Assembly: GCA_050084515.1 (NCBI GenBank)
Contig: CM114271.1
Location: forward strand, 21,638,001 to 21,702,000
Direction: 5' to 3'
Length of the DNA: 64,000 bases
Origin: Blasia pusilla
Taxonomy: Eukaryota
The notes below the pieces were generated by a model, which did no database searches, had not been told where the DNA came from, and was given only the letters and a program-made list of their open reading frames with translations. This document shows positions 1 to 12,189 of this stretch, piece by piece. The first letter of the stretch is position 1. Every line of letters begins with the position of its first letter. The position numbers and the translations under genes are program-made.

Positions 1-479
1 ATGACATCAAATTTCAACTAATTTCATATGACACATGCATGGTTGGATGAAAGGCCAATGGAATCTTGATACCTCCTGAATTTTAGAGGGTGAAATTGTT
101 AAATATTTTTATGATAAAATAGATTCTTATGAATTCTTTGAATTTAGTGGTAATTCTTTCACCCTCTTCTATCCTAACCAAAACCTCAGGAGGGCTAACT
201 TATGAAAGGGAGTAGAAAATGGCAATCGAGAAAACCCTACTATAAACCAAATTCACAAAGAATAGCAAAATTTTTAGTAGTAGCTTAGGAATCATGATTG
301 GAAGGAAAGAGGCCTTTAGTGATAGTGTCTACCACAATTTGCGTACACCTTAAAAATCCGTTGGTTTGAGCACATTGCAACGTACTCGAGATATGATAAT
401 TATTGTATAAGTCTATAGTAGCAAGGAAATCTGGATCTCACATGGATCATATGAGTTCACTCAAATAGAAAATTGTTAC

Positions 480-700
480 TTGGTGCTTGGCCCAAGGATC
501 TTACACCTTCCTTGCCTTCTCCTTATCCCCACACGTAGCTATACCCTTTATCTCCCAAGGTTAGTGTCAAGGTGCATGCTCGACTTGCATTGACTAGTGT
601 TAGTCTCACTGCCAGTGTCACCCCTATTCCTAGTCTCGTGACAAGCTAATATGGGTTTCAATTTCGCTGGGTCACATGAGGGTCTCTTATCCTTGGAGTG
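480..700. repeat. Dispersed repeat (probable decayed LTR-retrotransposon sequence), homologous to ~44620-44800
   Basis: Shared blocks include 'ttgactagtgttagtctc' vs 'ttgactagcgttagtcct', and 'gggtcacatgagggtctcttatccttg' vs 'gggtcacaccaaggtttctcttccttg'. The LTR origin is inferred only. Confidence 0.45.
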
Positions 701-2142
701 ATAATCATGGGAGTGTAATATAGTAAGCTAAGTCTATGACACTCATGCTACCAGGGACAATCCTCCTATTCAAAGATGCACATTCCCTTTGTCTCTCTCC
801 AATTTGTTATCCTCCTTTGCTCATTCTTAGATTTTCTCCCCATTCTTGCTATGTATATAATGATATGAATATTTTTTTCATGAACTCAATCAGAGTCATG
901 TCGAAAGGGGTCCCATATTGCCTCTCCAAATATCTATACTGTAATATGAGGTAAAGAGGCTTACTATCTTGAAGAGTACACTTCTAAGAGAATTGAAGTC
1001 CATTATATGAAAGGAGAGTATATATTTAGGGATGTGAGAAATTTAAGAGAAAATATTGCTTTCAATAGTTTGCGATATCTAACGCTAGTATGTCCTCATT
1101 AGTAGATATTGTCCATCATTGCTTCTTGTTTGTAGAGAGGTTGGTGTGTGGATGGATTTGGCCTACTCTCCTCGTCTTCTTTCATGCTTGGAGACTCAAT
1201 TGATCTCAACGCAAGCAAGAAGGTCATTCCATGCATTAGTGGGTGAAGTGCTCCCCACCCATTTCTAATTCACCCTTGAATGCTTGCGAGTATAGTGTTT
1301 CGATTTCCTTCCTTGATTTCTTTTTTTCCTCTATGTCTTTTTGAATTCCTACATGTACATTTGTTTGGAATCTAAGGCTTCCTGATTGGTAAGATGTCTC
1401 GAATCTTTCCATCCTCGGGCTTAGGCAAGGTGTCCCCTATGGCGCAAGGGGGCTATGAGCTAGTTTACTTACAACTCTACAAGAATTGAGTATGTATTTC
1501 TCTTATTTCTTTGTCCATCAAACAAAATTTACCTTCTCATGCTCGACGTATTTTGTTCCGTGGAGATCTTGCATTCCCACAAAATTTCTTCCAAGAATCA
1601 ACTCTTGTTTATAGTTTGCACATATCACACTTTATTACCACCACACAAGAAAAAACCAAATCAAAACGGAGATCTTATATGAACTCATTTCTTATATTTA
1701 TAAAATAATTTTCATAGGACTTCATGATTATGTACAAAACCTAGGTTGATATTTACACAATCAAATTTTGTTATCAATCGCAAACCAAAAGTAGAATTTG
1801 CATGGGCTAATTGTATCATACCTTGTCACCACCCCTTGAATTAAGTGTTGTAAACCCAATTCACTAGAGAGGGGCCCTCCAACATATATCACCCACCTCC
1901 TCGCGAGACGACATGGCTGAGAATCTTAAATAGAAATAATCATCCCCAGGGGAGGGAGATCGACCCGCACGCGCGTATATTCGGGTCCGTAACACACCAA
2001 AGAAAGGTGTCGCAAATAAACCCCTATAGTCATTTCCCAACCGGAATCGAGCTTTCCCGCCACCTCGGAAAGGAGTGAGATGACCATAAAGTCAGATAAT
2101 CGAGCAGCAGAGAAAATCCGCGCAATCAGGAAGGTAAGATTT

Positions 2143-2215
2143 TGGAGATGCGGGGTATCGATCCCCGTGCCTCTCGCATGCTAAGCGAGCGCTCTACCAT
2201 CTGAGCTACATCCCC
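2143..2215 (-). tRNA. tRNA-Ala (anticodon AGC), intronless, 73 nt
   Basis: The reverse complement reads GGGGATGTAGCTCAGATGGTAGAGCGCTCGCTTAGCATGCGAGAGGCACGGGGATCGATACCCCGCATCTCCA. This is the canonical plant cytosolic tRNA-Ala, with a G3:U70 pair and A/B boxes. A T4 run lies ~27 nt downstream (2113-2116). Confidence 0.97.
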
Positions 2216-3169
2216 GTTACGTCGACAAATATCGGAAGTTATTACCAGTTGAATTTCATAAATTCTTCTATGGAGATTCGAAGTGAGAGTATATCCAACT
2301 CTAAGATTTCGTAATTTGGTTCACGGAGGATGCTAAACTCGAATAGATCAAGAAGAGGCGTTTACCTGGGTGAGTGAGCACTTTCCTTCATATGGCTTGT
2401 GGATCTATAATGGTTCGATGTACCGTTTTATCGGTTTTAAGTCAACACTTTTAAGGAAAAAAAATCTTCTCCTGGATAACACCTTAAGATGACATAAATT
2501 TTGGGGCAGGTCCTATGTAGTTTTTATTCTTACCAATAAGATAATGTAAGCAGGGGATTACATGGTTAATTCATTCACTTGATTGTATGGCAAGTGGCAG
2601 AAATAATCTATTTACGTGACCCCAACACAAACAATTGATATCAGTCCTTATCTAATCTGAACTATTGATTTGATGTCCATGCATAGCATAAGATATCATA
2701 CGAGAAGAATTTCGCACATGATGATTCCGTATTCTACTTGAAAATATCTAGGTCCCTTGTGGCAAAACCCCTCCCTTGCGACAACCAGGACCCCTAATCT
2801 ATATATTTATTTAAAAAAGGACAGGATTTGAGAAAACCTTCCTTGTCTTATAAGGGTTCTTATGGTAGACACATGTCACTTTGAGAGAATGAATTGAATT
2901 AAAAAGAGATAATAAAAAAATTAAATATCATAGTGCGCATCGGCTAATTGTAGACTAAACCCAAATGCAATTACATGTCAAATACTACTAGAAAAAATAC
3001 TCTTGAAAATGATAATATAGAGAAGTTGAGCGGCGAGGTTACAAGCAAAACTACCATATTAAAGTCACAAGGCTCACTTTCAAGTTTCATATTTTAAGTC
3101 GCGGAAGGCAACTGTCCCATGTCTCCGTGTCAATCATACCCGTTTTAGAAAATTGAACTACTCTACTGG

Positions 3170-3595
3170 CGCCGTAAACCGGAAACGGGTCAGTTAACGG
3201 GGGAAAACTTCCCGGCGTCCTTCCCAGGAGATGACCGACAGACAAGCCAGTCCCAGACCCGACGACCTCCGATTCATTTACTGCGGCTCATGTACTTGCC
3301 TCTTCCCAAGCACCGAGGGAGCCATAGTCGATCCACTCCACTCCACTCCACTCCAACTTTGCGACTTCAGAGCACATTATGAGCACACGATTCGCGACTA
3401 TTGCGTCTCGACTCTCGATACCAAGGCCTGGATGTGTGTGTGTGTGCGCGCGCGCGCGTGGGTGCGTGAGGGGTGCGTTAGCGCATGCAAAAATGGGGCC
3501 TGCTCCGGCAATCATAGAGCGAGCGAGCGAGCGAAGTAGCTAGCTACTGCTACTGGCTCGCTCGGCGCTCGCACCTCCTCCTCGACACAAGGGCA
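3170..3595. other. CpG-rich island with simple repeats, (TG)n(CG)n tract and a palindrome; no convincing CDS
   Basis: It contains (CCACT)4 at ~3333-3355, an alternating TG/CG tract at 3433-3460, and (GAGC)n...AGTAGCTAGCTACT...GCTCGCTCG at ~3516-3572. The flanks are AT-rich. Confidence 0.5.
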
Positions 3596-6500
3596 TGCTT
3601 TATGGGTGTATCTTAAAGGGCGATGTTCTTTTTTTTGGATGATTTGCTTCTTCGTCGTCAAAATTAGTGTTGGCAACCTTTTCTTTCGTTTTTGCAACAA
3701 TCATGGCATGTGGAGGGGAATCACGGATGGAGCGGGTGTTTGCTACATGGCTCTTGGGAGAAACATCAGTGTTAGTTAACACTCGTTTGAGAACAGCTTT
3801 ACCAAATGGTTTGGAATAATGCTTCGAGTGAGTTTGCTCATGGGCCCGAGAAAGCAATAATGTCGGTTCTTTTGAACTCGACAAGATCCTTAGCCCTCCG
3901 AGTGGCGTTATTATGCACATGGGAGGGGACCCTTTATCTCCCAAGGTCCTTCTTTCAAAAAAATAATTGCAATATTTTTAGGAAATGTGTTTATCGGACA
4001 CTTTAAATAGATGTAGATAAATTTCAAAAAATTGGCCACTTTGTTTTTCAGAAATTTATTTTTTAGAAATAAAATCTTTCTAGCGTCGGCCTCAGAAAAA
4101 AATTTGGGTGCCGAACATGCTTTGAAACGTATTCATTGAAGATGAACGGAAAAATATCGTCACATTTGAGAAGCCTAAAAGAGGATGAATTATTTTTAAT
4201 CTCGAAATCACCAAGCAAGAATCACTCAATTTTCGGTAGACTTTTAGAAACAAAACGAGAAAGGAATGGCCTCATCTCACACCATTCCGTCCGAACGACC
4301 TCCGAACACCAATTTCTGGACAACGGTGAAAAGAAGAAAGAAAATAGTCCCCACAAATTGATCGAAAGTCTTACAAGAAGATACTAGTGTATAGCCCGTG
4401 CCATGCACACCCGTGAAAAGATTACCCATGCCTCCCGTAAATTCAAAAAAAAAAATTATTACCCATGATATGGGAAATATTTTTTTGTTGTCCAATTGCC
4501 ACATGGCAAGGAGATATGTGTTTGCAAATCAATAAAGGCATTCCCCAATAATAATATAGATTGCAAATTGCTAGTCTTAAAAATCGATATGGATATTGCA
4601 GGAATTATATGTCACAAGTTATTCTAATTTGTGACATCTAATTACAGATTTTTTTCAAATATATTTCTTTATTACTTAATTACGATTTTAACACAATACC
4701 AAAATCCACGTAAAAGATTTCCTCTTCAAAAATAGATACATTCATGATTTTTCTTGACGATAATTTATTGAAAATTCTCTGTAAAAAAACATGATTTCTT
4801 ATCACTTAAAAGAAACCAAAAATGTTTGATATCCCATTCTTCGAAGTTTTACAGATGCGTGAATTTTTGACAGGGAAGCGTACCTAAGCGTCCCGGCAAA
4901 AATTTTACATTGTGGGACCAACTAAAGAAGTAGAAGCTCTTAATTGGTTGCTATGGAAAGAAACTTGAGATGACAGGATTTCTGATTTCGAGATCAGCTG
5001 TTGGAGGTGAAATCCTTCCAATCCGAAAGGGTCCTGTCGGGATCCATGTCTCTCTCGCGTAGATCCACTGATATTTTTAACCACTTCGCCTTCATAATGA
5101 ATATGCACACCCACATTTTGATGGCGAACGAAGATGACTAGAGTGCCGATTACATGACATTTCTTCGAGGAAACCTAAAACAGGGAATCCTTAGAACGGT
5201 ACGTACTACAGTCTAACCCAGACTGGGTTTCCCCACCTAGTAGTTAGCTGGTAACTAAGCCTAGCCTATCCGAGCTCGTTGACCTCGATTTGCCATGGTT
5301 TCGTTGTATGGTCTCCCAAGCTGCTGACGTATTTCCTGTTCCGCAGCGCGTCAAAGCATATTTCCATTAATGGCGACAAACGATGGTGATCTAGATTCTA
5401 AAGGTTCCGACTGCGTTGGCTGTACTTAGTTATAAGCTTCCAGCCGAAAGAAAAACAGGTAACGTATTCGTGGACGAGTGAAATAGATGAGTTTATGAGC
5501 GTAGCGCCGTGAGTCAACTGAGACAGGTTTCTTTCGTGGAAAACTGATCATTAACCTAAGATAGCTCAAGGGCTTCTGCAAATTGGTGAAGATGACGTCG
5601 TAATTCATCGTACTGACTGACCGGTGGTAGGTATCAGGCAGGGGCCCTTGCGATAGACCCAGAACTCAGGCAGAGGCGACTGTCCTAACAAGAGATCTCG
5701 TGGTCAGAAAACAGTGAACAACCTGGGAGGGATGAAAGAATTTGGTTCGAATGCTTTATCGTTTGTATGTGGTTTATATGCTTGATACATCCTGACGTCT
5801 TCGCAATGCAAGATGTACCTTCAGTAAAAGGAGTGCGGACTTAGATTCCTTTCTCAGGAGAACAAATTATTTGGAGAAAGATTTCCAGCTCTGAGTTCTC
5901 CATGCTTTATCAACGATAAGTAAAGACATTCCGAAAATTGAGCCACAGATTTCAAGGCGAAGATAATAAACAAAGGTACTCATATTCCGATGCTGCATCG
6001 ATTGGGGTCAACGATCAAGATTTCAAAGACGCATAAACGGGAGGTGACCAATTCATAAAAAGTTCTCTAAACTAACCTAGAGTGAACTCCTGTTCACATA
6101 CCAAAGATCCGCTTGACGAGTTCTACGTCCACAAGATACCCTGTGTCAGAGTGTCAGAGATGGTGACCTCTCAAAGAGATCCTCGAGCATAGAGGAAGTC
6201 TGCTGTCTAGACAATCATGAGGCGTTAAAACTCATGGGACTGGAACGACGACAATTCTTAGAAACCACGCCATTCTTCATGTTCTTGACCCATACCGTAG
6301 CACAAGCATGTTCTTTCTGTGAACAAGAATTGCGAACATCCCCAGACACTTCCCATGTCCATTTCATCAAGCCCGAAATGGATGATAAGATTGCTTAAAT
6401 CGATAGGTGGGTTCTTCTATCCAAATTGTATGATCATCCATATCAACGAATTACAGCAGTTACCAAGTGTGCATCAAATATTTTACAGAAGCATACCTCG

Positions 6501-7174
6501 TCTCTCAAATTAAGTTAACAGAAATGGTCAGTTCTCTACAGATCATTACGGAAGCCTGGCTACAGTAACTCAAAGTTGTAACTGAGGGAATAATATAACC
6601 CTGCAGAAAGCCATGTTTAAAATGATGCCAAGCCGGTTGTGCACATCGCACAATTAGAAAGATGCTTGCAAACTTTCCGTTGAACTTCACAAACCTCCAA
6701 TCCTACATTATTGAAAGACACGTCAACAGAAAAATACACCATGCCTGACTTCATTCAACAGGGAGGCTCCAACACCACTGGAAATTAGGCAAGATTGGGA
6801 AAGCCTACAGGAAAACTGTGGTGGAAGCTTAATCGGTTGCAAATACAGATAATGTAGAGTTGGCATGTAGGCCGATGGATCCTATGAAATGAGAATCAAT
6901 ATCAATAGCATTTTAAGATAGACAAGAAGCCCTCTGCTGAAGATTGAGTAGAGTTCAACAAAAACTTTGGTAAATGAAGAACATTGAATGTCCTTTGAGA
7001 GATGGGAAACCATCTATTGTTTGACTTCTCGACACTCAACAGGACACAAATTTCCCTCATAATTTCTCATATCATATTGCTCGTGTCTTTGAACAAGACA
7101 CATTCTACACTGACCTACAATTAGAATCGTTACCAGTAAACAAGTCTTTTTGACAGGGCAACTTAAGGAAACTT

Positions 7175-9311
7175 TCAATTCCTTCCATAAGGATGGTATC
7201 GGCCATTACTCGTTCCACTACCTCCTCCATAAGCCCGACTACTACCATATCCCCCACTATACCCTCCACTTGCTCCATAACCTCCATATCCACTGCCACC
7301 ATACCCACCGTATCCCATGCTTCCGTAACCTTCAGCTCCATCATTGTACCCACTCATCATTCCACTACCATACCCACTACCGCCAAGAGAGCCGCCATAG
7401 GATCCAAGGCTACCACCGTACCCAGCAGCCACAGAACCACCACCGTAAGTACCAACACCCAAACCACCTGCACCATAGCCACCACCATAGCCACCACCTC
7501 CACCGTATCCACCTCCATAACCACCACCACCATAGCCCGCACCGTAGCCTCCCCTCGCACCTCCTCCATAGCCACCTCCAGATCTGTAGGATCCCCCACC
7601 ACCTCCATAGCCACTGCTCACTCCTGCATACGCACCCTCACCATAGCCTCCATAGCCCCCACTGGCACCTGCAGTGTATCCAGCTCCCCTCCCACCAGGA
7701 TAGCCACTGCCAGTTTCTTGAGAGGTTCTTTTGGGTTCTGCCTTCTTGATCTCCACCTGAAGTCAAAGTACACAGCATGAGTCACCGGACTCACTTCTAC
7801 AACAAGAGAGAGCATCCACAAGCACTCGTTAGACTGATCACAAAATTTGAACAGGTCTGTATGCATTCTTCTGTGTGACGTAAAATGGTCTAGAAGCAAT
7901 TTTCCAAAGACAGGATTTTGGTCAATACTCATGAAGGGAACTTGCGCACCTGCTTTCCTCCAAGCTCGTGCATTTTTCCCTGGGCGAGGATATCTTCTAC
8001 AGTCTGTTCACTGTCAAACGTAACAAATCCAAATCCTCGAGAGCGACCAGTGCTATGGTCTTGCATTATTTGATGCTCCACGACATTGCCGAATCTCGTA
8101 AAATAGCTCTTGAACTCGTCTGCAGTGGCCCAGAATACGTATGATCAGCGACAACGGGACCGTTACACACGATTTCCATAATGCAAGTTCCATGGGGCAT
8201 TCCGAGTCTTTTCTCCACTAAACCAACTTGCTGACCAGATTTTAAGGACATAAAACACGGCCAGACACCTACCGTCTGTTATGGATGGAGGAATGCCTCC
8301 GACAAATATCTTCTTCGTTTTGGGACCTTTCGTTGAAGCCATGTTCTCCCGAGGTACAGACTTCTTCGCCTCGACCTGAATGGCACATTGGACGCCGTTA
8401 GGTATCTCGAAACCGCGTCCACGTATCTGAACCATTTAACAGCATGGAAGATTAGTGAGGTGACAATCCTTCCAGCTTACCGTCCTTCCGTCGATCACAT
8501 GTTTGTCTTGAACAACTCGGTCACAGACGAGAGGGTTGGCGAAGGAGACAAATCCAAATCCTCGGGGATGACCAGTGTTCCGATCTTTCATTATCACAGC
8601 GTCCGTAATCTCCCCATACTTCTTGAAATGGCTCGTCAGATTGTCTGTTTCAGGAAACAAAACCAAAATACTGTCACGACGCCCACCAGGACCCGTCACT
8701 GTAATGTGAATACGATGGAAAATTTGAAGAGCGCAACTGAAGCTCTAGCTCCGTAAGTACATTTTGACTTCAGAAACAAAATCAGGACGCAACCATACTC
8801 TTTCCACAATGCATGGCAAAATAAACTCAGATAGGCACGCGATAGCCACAATGCAACAGACATCATACGCACCTGTCGTGGTATCCCATGAGAGACCTCC
8901 GATGAAGATTTTCCCTCTATCAGACGACGGGTATGAGTTAGCTATAGAGGGGTGTCTCACCTAGCACTCCCCGCCCCCTATCACATAACAAACCGCACAC
9001 CACAAGCAGACTCTAAACTAAAACGAACGCTAGAGCTACCTAAAGCTGGAACTAAAACTAAGGGAGTCTGAACTGGCAACTAACCCTGTACTGGACGTCT
9101 TTCCTGTGGAGGCGTCTGGCGATCCTTTTGAGTCACTCTCTACCTTATCCTCGTTATCGTTATCTTTATCGGGCCCTCCATTCTCAAAACTGTCCTGCGC
9201 CCGCTCCTGGGCTTGCTGCTGCTGCTGCTCCGAGGCTGAATCGGTAGCTTGTTCGTTTAAGTCAGGAGCAGCGTCAGCCATGCCTGCGTCCTGCTCTTGG
9301 TCAGCCTCCAT
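7175..9311 (-). CDS. hnRNP A/B-like (RBGD-type) glycine-rich RNA-binding protein: acidic N-terminus, 2 RRMs, Gly/Tyr-rich tail ending in a PY-NLS
   Basis: Exons are 9311-9085, 8916-8873, 8644-8481, 8375-8273, 8119-7950 and 7756-7175; all introns are GT-AG and the frame is continuous. RNP2 motifs are KIFIGGL and KIFVGGI, and RNP1 motifs are RGFGFVSF and RGFGFVTF. The C-terminus is GRYHPYGRN*. Confidence 0.93.
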
Positions 9312-12189
9312 GGCTTTGACAAACCAGCCCCAGCAGCAGCAGCAGCAGCAACGCTCTCACCTATACGTCCCAGATAGAGAACAAGCAAGCCCTTCCTGTA
9401 GTATGTCTGGCCTGGCCGGCTACACCCTGCTACCGTCAACACTGCTCTGCTTTCCTGCCTGCCTTTCTTTCCTGCCCCGTGCCTAGCCTGTGCGTCTCTG
9501 TCTGCGCACACACACCAAAGGAGTGAAAGGAGAGACGAGAGGAGTGGGAGGGAGAGAGAGAGAGAGAGACTCGTAGTGGACCACTACAGAGAAGGAGAGT
9601 TGTGGTGGAGAGGGAGAAAAGATGAGAGAGAGACTTTGAAGATTAGTCCCGCCTCGCAGCCGTTTCTTTCGTTTGGGCGTATGCTAGGGTTCCGAAAACT
9701 CGCCGCTCCCTCCCGCAGAACCCCGACGCTCGCTGCCTCCTCTTCCTCGCTTCCGCCGCGTCTGTTTCGCGCGCCCGCCCTCGCTACCAGCATGCCACAC
9801 TGCACCGACCCGCCAAGATGATGTCGAAGCACTCTCGGCGATCGCTCCGCATTTCCTTCAGCCGCACCACGGGATGAGACGCCAGAAGTGCACAGGATGG
9901 GGGGAAAAGGTGCGTCGCTGTAGAAACTAGCTTGGTAAGCGAAGAGAGAAGAGAGAACACACGAATGGAAGGAGGAGTGGGACAAACACGACGGACAAGA
10001 GCAAGAGCAAGGAGTGGCTTCGGGCGGGAGCAAGTGAGTTTGTGTGGACGCACGCGACCGCTCGAAGGTGGGTCCACCACGCCTTACCGGACCACACAAG
10101 ATCGCCTCCACGCGGGCGAGGGCCGGGTCAACTAGACCTCGGGACGATCCAGACCGGAGATTTTCATGCTGGCCCCACGTGATTGTGGCGCACCGCGCGA
10201 TCAGACGAACTGCACGTGGTGAGAGACCCGTTGTATCATTTCGGGTGCGCCGCTTTCGTTTCATTTTAGATTAATTTAAAATCAAAATTTTCATTATTGG
10301 TACTTTTTACTCATATGATCGTGGTTGAGTGTGCATCCATGAAAATTACTCCATGAGTTAAACAAGTTTTATAACAAAAAACAAGGAAACATCCCACCAT
10401 AGAAAGGAGGCTAGAAATGCTCGAGGAACATGGCAGCAAGAAAACAAAATTAATAATTCAACAGCTAGACGATTAATCATTTGAAGCAAACTTGAAATGA
10501 ATACTAATGGTTGATAGTCTCCTTTTTGTTTGGTAAGAGAGTCTTATATTCAATGGGGTATGTCTTTTTGTTTGTCTCTAAAAGCTTACCATATTCTCTT
10601 CTTTTATAATCTTCCCCTCCCTTTTCTCGTTTTTCAGATGTGTGGTCTTAAATTTGCAAAAAAAAATCAATCCTTTGTTGCATTCCTAGTAAAATGCCCA
10701 TGCAATGGAAAATAATTAGTTTGGCGGAGTTGTCTATTGTTTGTTATATCATTGGAGACAAAAAAGTACATATAATTTTAAGAAGGGTGTAGTTTAAAAA
10801 AGTCGCGAGTATAGAATGAATTAAGTGATAATTAACTTTCTAAAACTAAGATTACTATTCATTTGGATAAATGATCGTGCCCGATTATACATAGTTTCAA
10901 GATTTATCAACTCCAAGTGTTTGATGGCTTGTAGAGACCATAAATTGTATTTTTTTGGTGTGAATTGATAAATGCATGTCACAATGATCATTGATTGATG
11001 TCAGCATCGAGAAGGTGTTCAAAAAATCTCAATAAATATGGGGCTTGATTATCATTAAGGTAATAATAAGACATACGAATCCGAGTAAGACTTGCAAGTA
11101 CTATGTTTAACATAAGAAGCTTCCAAATTTTAGTTTTTGGTTACAAAATTGGAAAATTAGAGGGAAATGTTAGAGTAGTTTCAAAACATTGACTTATGGA
11201 AAATCATGTTTGAGATTGAAAATTTGCAAGCATGTTGAATATTTATTATATCCATTCCATGAAGTTTTCAATATTCTGTAGTGATATGAAGATTGAGTGA
11301 AAGGCATAATTAAAAAAATTGAATATGTAACTTTTCAAAACATTTTTCTTTGGGAAATGATTGTGGGAGTCAATGTTTGCAATTTTGCATAAATGAAGTA
11401 TATTGGCATGGGGGCATGTTGTAGGAAAATGTAGCTATTGTAATATGTAACTTTGGTATTAGTTGAATCAAATCCTTCATGAGACAGTTAGAGCCTAAAC
11501 AATACAAATATCAACACATTCTTACTCTATATGGTTTGTAAAGAAAACGGTGACTTTAAGTAAGCCATGTAAATTATCTCTAACTTGTGAGAGCTCGCTA
11601 ACAAATTCTTGAATTTAAATCTGAGAATTGTATGTATGATGTTATAGATCAAATTGTTGTATTTGCAAAAGTTGATACTTGTCCTTTATTGACAAGAGTT
11701 GCTCACGTAGAGACTAATTTTTCAAATGCAAGTCTGTGACATTCTCTACAATGGCCTTGATCATATGAGTGTCAATACAAGAGGAATCCTCATTGTGTGA
11801 ATCAACTGTAGACAACTATGTGGATATCGTTGATTGTCTTGGTAATGATGTAGTAGAGGTGTAGGAACGTGATGTAACATTTGTGTTCATTGCTCTACTT
11901 GTATGTCCCTGAGTGAATAACCATGTGTGCATTAGTATTATAAATAAAATAAGGATCGGTATTGAGGAAATTAAAGTTATTCTTTCATCATCTCATAACG
12001 ATGTATTAACTTATTGATGGAGTGCTTTGAAGAACATGGATCATTTTTGTAAAATAGCATATAAATATTATAATACACAAGTGCAACTACAAGAATATAT
12101 GAACATAATTTTGGACGAAAAAAGAATCAAGTATGCCAATATAATAAAGTGAAAAGAAAATCAATTACGTAATGTAAGAGCGAGAGAAA

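Noticed and set aside
3290-3312. miR408-like sequence as a MIR408 gene
   Set aside because: It has three mismatches plus an indel relative to miR408 and no long fold-back with a star arm.
7105-7780. Overlapping His-rich, Thr/Ser-rich and Val/Met-rich ORFs (7150-7749, 7193-7780, 7357-7614)
   Set aside because: They are antisense or alternative-frame shadows of the Gly/Tyr-rich last exon of the RRM gene.
9576-10274. Several 67-226 aa ORFs in a GC-rich stretch
   Set aside because: This is the promoter/5' region of the RRM gene. The ORFs are low-complexity with no recognisable domain, and the GC content explains the open frames.
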